A stretch of DNA of 64,000 bases from an uncultured Verrucomicrobiales bacterium (GTDB lineage: Bacteria; Verrucomicrobiota; Verrucomicrobiia; Verrucomicrobiales; Akkermansiaceae). The notes under the pieces are model-generated. The model was not told the origin of the DNA. It saw nothing but the letters and a program-made list of their open reading frames with translations, and made no database searches. The translations under genes were made by a program, and so were the position numbers. The DNA is taken from contig CASICJ010000020.1 in assembly GCA_949373085.1 (NCBI GenBank), positions 11,657 to 75,656 of the forward strand, given 5' to 3'. This document shows, piece after piece, positions 20,119-28,122 of the stretch; positions within the stretch are counted from its first letter, which is position 1, and each line of letters starts with the position of its first letter.

Positions 20119-20948
20119 AAATTTCCGGAGGGATTCTCTTTGCGGGCTTTAACTTTCGCAAGATAACTTTGCAGCCCTTTCTTGTCCGATTTAGCGAGGT
20201 GATCAAGCATCTCTCGCAGCTCCACTTGCGCATCATGCAGCGCAGCTGTCACCGCGGCCCGATTCTCCACCATAATTTCAGCCCACATCTCGGGATCTCC
20301 TGACGCCACTCGCGTGGTATCTCGAAACCCTCCCGCCGCTAAAAATTCATCACCAGAAAATCGCAAGGCGGCACCAGCTGTTGCAACGGCCATGGCATGA
20401 GGAAGATGACTGATCCGTGCGACCGCCCGATCGTGATCTTTCGAATTCATGACTGAAATAACGCATCCTAAATTTTCCCAAAAGCTTGCAACCGCTCGTA
20501 GCTCCTCGTTTGGCCTCTCTTGATCATTAGTCAAAGCACAAGCAGCTCCTTTAAAAAGATCAGCGCGCGCCGCTTCAATTCCTGTTTGCTCCGATCCAGC
20601 CATCGGATGGCTCCCGATAAACGGGATCCCATGTTCTTTTGCCACCCGGTGGGGAAGCGCCTTCACACTGCCCACATCAGTCACGATTGCCCCTGGTTTT
20701 AAATTCCCACTTATCGACTCAAACAAGAGCCCCATCACTCCAACAGGAACTGCCAAAATAATAAGATCAGCTTCCTTCATTGCATCCTTCAAATCAGTAG
20801 TCGCTTCTAACCCAATCTTTAGGGCTACCTCGACTCGCTCAGGATTTCTTCCCCATAAAATCACCTCGTGTCCTGCACCAGACGCGGCCAGCCCTACCGA
20901 GCCTCCAAGAAGGCCTGGACCAAGAATCGTAATTCGGGAAAATGACAT
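20115..20948 (-). CDS. tyrA: Prephenate/arogenate dehydrogenase
   Basis: N-terminal ILGPGLLGGS Rossmann motif and GSHPMAG. ATGA overlap with the aroA start. Confidence 0.85.
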   Translation of the reverse strand: MSFSRITILGPGLLGGSVGLAASGAGHEVILWGRNPERVEVALKIGLEATTDLKDAMKEADLIILAVPVGVMGLLFESISGNLKPGAIVTDVGSVKALPHRVAKEHGIPFIGSHPMAGSEQTGIEAARADLFKGAACALTNDQERPNEELRAVASFWENLGCVISVMNSKDHDRAVARISHLPHAMAVATAGAALRFSGDEFLAAGGFRDTTRVASGDPEMWAEIMVENRAAVTAALHDAQVELREMLDHLAKSDKKGLQSYLAKVKARKENPSGNL

Positions 20949-20955
20949 GAAATTG

Positions 20956-20990
20956 AAAAAAAGAGCCGGATTTCCTTTGGGAAATCCGGC
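20956..20990 (-). terminator. Rho-independent terminator after the lipoprotein gene
   Basis: Perfect 11-bp stem GCCGGATTTCC-TTTG-GGAAATCCGGC (20965-20990), followed on the minus strand by U7 (A7 at 20956-20962). Confidence 0.8.
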
Positions 20991-21013
20991 GCCGGAAAAC
21001 TCAGATGCCCCCC

Positions 21014-21487
21014 TTAGGGGACTCTAAACTTGTGATCGGGATCCCCATCGTTCGGGTCGCGAATGAGCGTTCCGCTTGGGATTCCACGCACATCAACAGC
21101 CTTATTAGTCCATGGGTTAAAAACATATCCAGGCTTGGTAACGATCGCACGAGCTGTGCGATACTTGCTAACTCGCTTGATTGGCTCGCGCGGGATCGGC
21201 TGAATCACATCAGTCGTTCCAGAGTCAGGATTGATTCCATTAGCTAGCTGCTCATTTTGTAGTCTTTCGCGACGCGCCTTAGCCTCAGCATTGGCCCTAT
21301 CGCGCGCTTCTTTGAGCTGAGCCTCAGTTCCCAATTGCCCAGTTGTATTTGGGAACAGAGGGTCCACCGCTCGGGCAACTGGCAAATTTTCAGGAGGAGG
21401 GGATGATGGCGAAGGCCTTAGCATCGTACAGCTGAAACAGAGCAAGCTGCAAAGAAGAAGCATGAGGGCGTGTTTCAGAGAAAACAT
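21014..21487 (-). CDS. Hypothetical lipoprotein
   Basis: Signal peptide with a lipobox-like LLCFSC, a Pro/Ser linker, a charged coiled segment, and a C-terminal GYVFNPW..VDVRGIPSG motif. No family recognised. Confidence 0.5.
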   Translation of the reverse strand: MFSLKHALMLLLCSLLCFSCTMLRPSPSSPPPENLPVARAVDPLFPNTTGQLGTEAQLKEARDRANAEAKARRERLQNEQLANGINPDSGTTDVIQPIPREPIKRVSKYRTARAIVTKPGYVFNPWTNKAVDVRGIPSGTLIRDPNDGDPDHKFRVP

Positions 21488-21590
21488 GGCTTTTAAAATA
21501 ATAAGGGTTGATGATAGTGCATCAATGCACTGCGACTACCCCCTTCATCGCGATCTTTGACCAACTTGTCAAGTCACCACCCGAAGCGAA

Positions 21591-22628
21591 ATGACTGAAA
21601 TCGAAGACCTCACACCACAAGACTCGGACGAGTCTAACTTGATTCACCGAGTCAAAAAGCTGATCTCGAGCCCCAGTGACGAGGAATTCTCTGCGCTCGC
21701 TCTCGATATTTTTAGATACCAATTCGACCGCAACCTCCCTTACGCAGCCTTCGCGCGATCCACAGACAAAACTCCCAAAACTGTTGCCCGCTGGGAAGAA
21801 ATCCCCGCAGTCCACACCGCCGCCTTCAAACTCCCCGATTTCCCCCTGACTTGCGGCCAAGAAACCCGAATCACCTTTCTCACCTCTGGCACGACCACCG
21901 AAACTAAGGGCTCGCACCATTTTCCATCAACCCATCTTTACGAAAAAGCCATTTCCTATGGCTGGCCACTTCCAAAACTCCCTACCTTTTTCCTCGCTCC
22001 TTCCGATCTCGAATCTCCCCAATCATCTCTCAGCCACATGTTTCGCCACCTCAATGATGGCAACGACTCCCGCTTTCTCCTGAAGAATTCCAAATTTCGT
22101 CTTGGTCAACTTTTCCTCCACTTGGCTTCTGGCCAGCCTCTCATCCTCATGGGCACCGCCCTCGCCTTTCGGCACCTCATGGAGATCCATGGCTCAATTC
22201 CTCTTCCCTCCGGCTCCCACCTTCTCGAAACCGGAGGATACAAAGGCACTTCTATTACGCTTTCCAAGCCAGATTTCTACTCTCAGGTCTCCGGATTTTT
22301 CAAGCTCCCGCTCAACCATCTTCATAACGAATACGGCATGACCGAGCTCTCCAGCCAGGCCTACGCCACCGGCCCTGATGGGCCGCATCGTTTCCCCCAC
22401 TGGTGCCGCCATCTCATCCTAGATCCCGAAACTGAACGTGAAGCCGCACCTGGCGAAACGGGCTACCTTGTCATCCACGATCTCGCTAATCTCCACAGCG
22501 TTTGCGGGATCCGGACTCAAGATTTTGCAGTGCGCCACGAAGACGATTCGTTCACCCTCATTGGCCGCGATCCCGGAGCGCTCCCGCGAGGTTGCTCCCG
22601 AACCATCGACCAAGCCCTATCGTCATGA
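21591..22628 (+). CDS. LuxE-family acyl-protein synthetase (adenylate-forming)
   Basis: Aligns by eye with Vibrio LuxE blocks: FRYQF..N.PY..F, IPAVHTAAFK, TSGTT..KG, ETGGYKG, NEYGMTEL, and PHW..LILDPET......GETGYL..HDLAN. Confidence 0.8.
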   Translation: MTEIEDLTPQDSDESNLIHRVKKLISSPSDEEFSALALDIFRYQFDRNLPYAAFARSTDKTPKTVARWEEIPAVHTAAFKLPDFPLTCGQETRITFLTSGTTTETKGSHHFPSTHLYEKAISYGWPLPKLPTFFLAPSDLESPQSSLSHMFRHLNDGNDSRFLLKNSKFRLGQLFLHLASGQPLILMGTALAFRHLMEIHGSIPLPSGSHLLETGGYKGTSITLSKPDFYSQVSGFFKLPLNHLHNEYGMTELSSQAYATGPDGPHRFPHWCRHLILDPETEREAAPGETGYLVIHDLANLHSVCGIRTQDFAVRHEDDSFTLIGRDPGALPRGCSRTIDQALSS

Positions 22629-23599
22629 CCCTCAGCAAACGTATCGACCTCATTCTAGCTTCCCGCGAGCAACTTGAGCCTTTCACGGGGAATCTTACGC
22701 GCAAACTGCTCGAGGAGACCTTCTTACGTGAAGCCTCCGGCACCACGGTCCGGCTTCCAAAAAATATCGTTCACATTATCAGCGGCAACACTCCACACGC
22801 CGCTTTTCAAACTCTTCTAAATGGAGTTCTCCTCGGTGCTCAAAACCTCCTCAAACTCCCCTCGCAAACCCTCCTAGATTTCGAAGTCCCAATTCCACTT
22901 CAACCTTTCGTCGAAGTCTCCCGAGAACTGCCCGCGCACTGGATTCCGAAGGCCGATGCCATGGTCGTTTTTGGCTCCGATAATACGATCCGCCATTTCC
23001 AAAGCCTTTGCCCGCTAGAAATTCCCTTTGTCGGACACGGTCATCGCATCGGCATTGCCATCATTGATGAGCCCACTCCCAAAGCTGCCCAACTCGCCGC
23101 ACGCGACATCGGCCTCTTCAACCAATCCGGCTGCCTCTCCCTCCAAACCATCTACCTCAAAGATCCCTGTGCCTTCGGACCACTCCTCGCCGAAGCCATG
23201 ACCAATTTCGAAAAACAGAATCCCCGCGGTCCACTCTCTCTTTCCGAAGCGGGTGCCATCACCAACCTCCGCGAAGAAACCCGCTACCTTATGGCGCAGG
23301 ATCCTAAATCCCACGCCCTCTGGCACAGCCCCCGCTCTACCGCCTGGACCATTATCTTTGAGAATAATTCACGCCTCGCCCTTTCTCCCGGTAACCGGAC
23401 AATATTCCTTCGCCCCGTGCCGGATGATTTTTCGAAGTTCAGTCACCTCTCCGGCATCGCCCTTCATCCCTATGAAGAGCGACCCAACCTTCCTTCCCCT
23501 AGAATCTTCCCTCTAGGAGAAGCTCAATTCCCACCGGCCCTTTGGCCCCATGACGGGATTCTTCCACTCGCCTCACTTGTGAGGCATCAATCATCGTGA
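22625..23599 (+). CDS. LuxC-family acyl-CoA reductase-like protein
   Basis: ISGNTPHAAFQTLL (the GN.P block) and FNQSGCLSLQ (candidate catalytic Cys). The start ATG at 22625 overlaps the LuxE-like stop (ATGA). At 324 aa it is shorter than Vibrio LuxC. Confidence 0.7.
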   Translation: MTLSKRIDLILASREQLEPFTGNLTRKLLEETFLREASGTTVRLPKNIVHIISGNTPHAAFQTLLNGVLLGAQNLLKLPSQTLLDFEVPIPLQPFVEVSRELPAHWIPKADAMVVFGSDNTIRHFQSLCPLEIPFVGHGHRIGIAIIDEPTPKAAQLAARDIGLFNQSGCLSLQTIYLKDPCAFGPLLAEAMTNFEKQNPRGPLSLSEAGAITNLREETRYLMAQDPKSHALWHSPRSTAWTIIFENNSRLALSPGNRTIFLRPVPDDFSKFSHLSGIALHPYEERPNLPSPRIFPLGEAQFPPALWPHDGILPLASLVRHQSS

Positions 23600-23637
23600 T
23601 CCCGGCACTCCTGTGACCACTCTAAGCTCATCACAAT

Positions 23638-26600
23638 CTACTTCTTCACCAGCGATTCGAGATAATCTAACAAGCTGGCGGCTTCATGCACTGTAAATCC
23701 AGAAAGTAATCCCGGAGGCATTAGAGAGGTTGGCAAAGTAGAGCGCTCCTTAATTGCGCTCTTCTTGAAAGTGTGCTCAGCACTGCTGATGTCGCGAATA
23801 CTTACGCTAGCTCCCGCTTCGTCGGTGACAAATCCCACGAAAGACTTGCCATCCTTCAAGCTGAAAACATTGGTCGTAAATCCCTGTGCAATCGTCTTAT
23901 TCGGAACGAGGATTGCTTCGACGAGTTCATTGCGCCGATAAGTCTCGGCGATATTACCCAGATAAGGTCCTTTTTGCTTCTCACCCTGCGATACGGTGTG
24001 ACATGCATTGCAGGTTGCTCGGGCGAAAATGGCCTGGCCTAGGGCCACTTCCCCTTTGTGAGCCGTCACCTTTTGCAAAGCTTCCTCTGGTTTTAGGGTG
24101 GCAATCTTTGGAGTTTTATCCGCTCCAGGAGCCTGAATTTTAAGTCGACCTGCGGCATCTTTTGCGGCTTTCGCCACCGCTTGATCAGGATCACTGAAAG
24201 CAATACGGATCCGATCATTGATCACAGGATTCCGTAAATCGCGTGCCGCATTGATGAAGGCAATCTTCTGCTTAGGGTCAGACCATCCTTTATCGATCGC
24301 CTTGAGCGACATTTCACGTGACTCGGGAGATCCGCCCTTGCGGGAAGCCAAAGTCACCACCGCCATCGCCGCATATTTTCCTGCAGGACTGCCGAGCATC
24401 TCCGCCGCCATCTTCTCAAGTGCAAGGTGGTGGTTCTCCAACTTGGCAGCTTTGAAAAAATGGCCTTTGGCAGCCGTTTGCTGCTTACCCGCACCCTTAG
24501 TTTTGTCCAATTGTGCCAAAGCTTTGAGAACCGCGGGAAGAGATGATTTATCATCGGAGTTCACGAGAATCTTTACCGCACCAGCAAGAGCATCGGCTGG
24601 CGTTTTAGGATCGCTGGCACCCTTCACAACCAAAGGTATAGCCTTGGCCGAAACTGCTCCACCCGTCGCGATTTGTTTAATGACCACTGGGATTAACTTA
24701 TCGTCCTTAAGCGCAAGATCGATCATGCGGTCCAAAGCGTCATTCGCTGGAATACGATTCTTGTTTAGTTTGGTGATAATAAAGGCCGCTTCCTCGGCGG
24801 GAGCATCTTTCAGGATTACTTTGAGATTTTCTAAGATCCGGCCCGACTCTTCCCAAGTCGCTAGCTCATAATAAGGCCCGCGTGTATCGGGACGAGTGCC
24901 CCATGAATCGCCCTTCCACTCGGCTTCTTTGTGATAAAGCCGAGCGAGGGTAGAAAGAAGCGGGCGGCGCTTTTCAGGAATATTCTCAGACTTCAAACGC
25001 ACTAGCAAACCATCCACAACCTCCTTCTTGTGCATCCGCATCAGTGCCCATGCAGCCGCTTTGCGAGTTTCGGTGTCATCGGAGTTGACCTTGGAAAAGG
25101 CCGCTTCGTGCGCCGACATTTTCGCCAAAGCACGATAGGCCGTATGGCGGATGGCGGGATCCGTAGAGGAAAGATACTTTGAGATAAAGACAGCCGCTTT
25201 AGGGGATTCCTGTTTCTCATTGAGCTTAGAAAGCGCAAAGATTGCCTCAACAATCTCTCGTGGAGTGCTCTCTTCCGGAATTTTTGTGAAAACGTCCAAG
25301 GCACCATCAACGCTAACCGGATGCGCCACCTCTCCATAAGCCCTAATTAAAAACGGCTGAATTTCTGGAAGGGTTCGCCCAGCTACCAAAGCCATCAGCG
25401 CTCCCGACTCAGGTGATCTCAACGACATTGTAAAGATAGCCGCAATCCGAGCGGAAAGTGCTTTATCGGTATTACAACTTAGTTTTACCAAAGACTCAGT
25501 CAGTTCGATGCTGTCCGCACGCCCCAAAAGGGTCCGCTGCGCCGCCAAAGTCCGAATATGCGACGGCGAATCGAGAGCCTTCACCAAGGCCTCATCACTC
25601 ATCTTCTCAAAATCAGGAAGCGGCTTCGGGGTGTAACCCTTAGGAGTCACGCGGACGATGTATCCTTGATCTGGGCCAGCCCAATTGAAGGTCGCGGGGC
25701 CTTTCCACGCTGCTTGATAGACCGCAGACATCCCATCGACATCAGCATCGGTGGGACGGCTCACTTTAATAAATTTTTGCGGGGCCGCGGCTTCTTTAAA
25801 GGTCGCACCTAGAGGCTCAACAGTGTGACGAAAGAGCCCCGCTCGACCCCAATCGCAAGTGAAAGGAGCTTTGTTCCATTCATCGGGGAAACCCGGCTCG
25901 TGAATATAGACACCCCCACATCCGGAACCACCACCGTAGTCGGCGAGCGGTTGGATATGCTCCTTTTCGAAGTTCTTATAAAGTCGTGGGTAACCGTGAT
26001 CGGAAAGCGGGGTAAAGTGATGAAAGCGCACATCCCAGCCGCCACCATCGTTGGTGTTATCGCGGGCGAACATGTCGAGAGTGGGTGAAATCGGCGTGGC
26101 TAAAATGTTGCGAGTCCCTGTGGAGAATAACTCAAGATTGGAGCCGTCGGGCCGGAACCGAATGACACCACCGCCACGATGTTGCAAGGTCCGCCCATCA
26201 GTGCCGGTCGCCTTCATGAAGCCAAAGTCACCACCCGCAATATAGATCCACCCGTCGATACCCATTGTAATATCATTCGTGGTGTGATCGGCAGGGCGGT
26301 CTTTGAACCCGAAAGCGATGTCGGATATAAGCCGTTTTGATTCCTCAGCCACTCCATCATGATCACGATCAAAGAAGACCGAAATGTGCGGCGGGTGCAG
26401 AAGGTAAAGTCGATCGTGATCCCAAATTAATCCGCGCGGCGAATCGATATCGCGAATAAACTCTGTCACTTCATCAGCGCGGCCATCCTTGTCAGTATCA
26501 CGAAGTCGCAAAACACGGCCGCGATTAGGCTGACGCCCCAGCGAGCCATTCCCATCGGACGAAACATAAAGATCACCTCCAGGCGAGGCCGCCACATAAA

Positions 26601-28065
26601 CGGGATAGTTCGCCGAATGCCAAGAGGCGAAAAGGGTCTTTTCGAATCCTTTGGGAACCTCACAATCTTTTAAGATCGCAGCTTCCTCTTCAGGACTTAG
26701 TTTAGCAATTTGGGGTTTAATGTTGCCGGACTTCTCAAAGCCCTTACCGGACGCGCCTTTGGTCTGATTGATCTCTTTTTTATCGAGAATGGGGGAGAGC
26801 TTAAGTTTACCCTTCGGTCCTTTCAGGCGAATTTCCCAGAGGGCGGGCCACTTACCGGTTTGCTGACCCAGGGTAGTCACACGGAGGAATTTGATATTCT
26901 GGGCATTGAAGCTGTCCTTGGTATCCGACTTCCGCTTGTTCTTTGAACCATCATAAGCGATCTCCCAATTTTTCCCATCGTCCGAAGTTTCGATCTTATA
27001 GTGATACCATTCAGTCCGTTGCTCCCAGAGGATCTCGGCTGATGTCACCGTGGTGGGCTTTTCAAATTCGAGCTGTAACCAAGCCGGATGAGTAGCCCCA
27101 TTGGCGGTCCAGCGGGTTTCAATGTTGCCATCAATAGCTCTCCAAGGATAGTGACTATCGCTAACCTGGACTGACGAAGCGGTCAACTTTACCTTCACCG
27201 CATCTTTCGAAGGCTTACCAAAAAGCGATTCCACTTTCTCTTCCTTTGCCCCCATTTCGGTGATGAGGTTGGATCCGGTATAGGGTTTAAGATAATTATC
27301 ATTCAACTTACCGGCAGCCCAGAGTAATCCGCGGGTGACCAAATCAAGGTAGCGAGGATCTTCAACCGTATAAGTATTGTGCCCGACGGTAGTTGAGAAG
27401 GTCGGCGCGCCCTTTTTGGTATTGGTCCATGCAACAACAGCTGAATTTTCGCGGTCACCCACTTTCTGGGTCGCGAGAGCGAGTGGCTCAGCATCAAAAA
27501 TCTCGCGGTTGTTATAAAGCTCCTCATTTTTAGTGACCCAATTCTCCAGCGTCTTAGTGATAGGATGATCGGGATTCGTATAAGTGATTTCGAGAGGCTT
27601 CTGCGGACCATGTCCGGTGGAGTGAAGACCGAGGTGCTTAGCCCACTTGTCTGTGCCATTGCGGAAGGAATGCATCGCACAATGGAGATGCACCGCAGGA
27701 ATCGTTTTGTGAACTTCAAGAATGTTCTCCATCACCTTGAGGTCCTTATTACTCGCGGCACATTCATCGTGAATGATGATGTCATAACCTTTCGCCCAAT
27801 CAGGATCATCGTAGAGTGGCAGTGGCGGATTCGTAGTCCTGTCGCGCGTCCACATCACATCGACACGAACGTTGGCACGCTCCTGAATTCCTTTGTAAAG
27901 AATCTCATGCTGCTTCACATAATCGTGGCAACAACCACCAGCAATTAAGAGAGCCTTGAGCGGACGAGTAGAGTCCAACGAAAGAAGCTTTTTTTCCTGC
28001 CCGTTGGCAAGAAAAAGAGAACTAAGGGCCGCAACGGCGAGGAAGAGTGGCAGAAGGCGCTTCAT
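23638..28065 (-). CDS. Multidomain secreted protein: ThuA-like, F5/8 type C (discoidin), SGDH-like beta-propeller dehydrogenase, HEAT repeats, and a C-terminal c-type haem domain
   Basis: Signal peptide. ThuA-like N-terminus (ALLIAGGCCHDY, GHN). A discoidin-like block (AIDGN..TRWT..WLQLEF). A propeller block (RGL.WD, GDFGF, RN). A long helical repeat region. CNACH at nt 23998-24012, with a downstream LMPPGL Met ligand. Confidence 0.8.
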   Translation of the reverse strand: MKRLLPLFLAVAALSSLFLANGQEKKLLSLDSTRPLKALLIAGGCCHDYVKQHEILYKGIQERANVRVDVMWTRDRTTNPPLPLYDDPDWAKGYDIIIHDECAASNKDLKVMENILEVHKTIPAVHLHCAMHSFRNGTDKWAKHLGLHSTGHGPQKPLEITYTNPDHPITKTLENWVTKNEELYNNREIFDAEPLALATQKVGDRENSAVVAWTNTKKGAPTFSTTVGHNTYTVEDPRYLDLVTRGLLWAAGKLNDNYLKPYTGSNLITEMGAKEEKVESLFGKPSKDAVKVKLTASSVQVSDSHYPWRAIDGNIETRWTANGATHPAWLQLEFEKPTTVTSAEILWEQRTEWYHYKIETSDDGKNWEIAYDGSKNKRKSDTKDSFNAQNIKFLRVTTLGQQTGKWPALWEIRLKGPKGKLKLSPILDKKEINQTKGASGKGFEKSGNIKPQIAKLSPEEEAAILKDCEVPKGFEKTLFASWHSANYPVYVAASPGGDLYVSSDGNGSLGRQPNRGRVLRLRDTDKDGRADEVTEFIRDIDSPRGLIWDHDRLYLLHPPHISVFFDRDHDGVAEESKRLISDIAFGFKDRPADHTTNDITMGIDGWIYIAGGDFGFMKATGTDGRTLQHRGGGVIRFRPDGSNLELFSTGTRNILATPISPTLDMFARDNTNDGGGWDVRFHHFTPLSDHGYPRLYKNFEKEHIQPLADYGGGSGCGGVYIHEPGFPDEWNKAPFTCDWGRAGLFRHTVEPLGATFKEAAAPQKFIKVSRPTDADVDGMSAVYQAAWKGPATFNWAGPDQGYIVRVTPKGYTPKPLPDFEKMSDEALVKALDSPSHIRTLAAQRTLLGRADSIELTESLVKLSCNTDKALSARIAAIFTMSLRSPESGALMALVAGRTLPEIQPFLIRAYGEVAHPVSVDGALDVFTKIPEESTPREIVEAIFALSKLNEKQESPKAAVFISKYLSSTDPAIRHTAYRALAKMSAHEAAFSKVNSDDTETRKAAAWALMRMHKKEVVDGLLVRLKSENIPEKRRPLLSTLARLYHKEAEWKGDSWGTRPDTRGPYYELATWEESGRILENLKVILKDAPAEEAAFIITKLNKNRIPANDALDRMIDLALKDDKLIPVVIKQIATGGAVSAKAIPLVVKGASDPKTPADALAGAVKILVNSDDKSSLPAVLKALAQLDKTKGAGKQQTAAKGHFFKAAKLENHHLALEKMAAEMLGSPAGKYAAMAVVTLASRKGGSPESREMSLKAIDKGWSDPKQKIAFINAARDLRNPVINDRIRIAFSDPDQAVAKAAKDAAGRLKIQAPGADKTPKIATLKPEEALQKVTAHKGEVALGQAIFARATCNACHTVSQGEKQKGPYLGNIAETYRRNELVEAILVPNKTIAQGFTTNVFSLKDGKSFVGFVTDEAGASVSIRDISSAEHTFKKSAIKERSTLPTSLMPPGLLSGFTVHEAASLLDYLESLVKK

Positions 28066-28122
28066 GAGTAGGGTCTATTCGTGCCGATCCCGCCAATTCT
28101 TTCAGTCCAGCGCATCCCCATC

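Noticed and set aside
22502-22624. Longer 5' extensions of the LuxC-like ORF (from 22502) and of pilT (from 42120)
   Set aside because: The extensions overlap the preceding genes and encode Arg/Pro-rich junk. Internal ATGs at 22625 and 42201 give sensible N-termini and standard gene junctions.
24218-24871. 217-aa plus-strand ORF inside the 1475-aa gene. The same applies to the ORFs at 45059-45673, 34365-35057, 21522-21920 and 3057-3569.
   Set aside because: All of these are antisense to, or out of frame within, well-supported CDSs. Their translations are Ser/Arg/Pro/Ala-rich with no family signatures.
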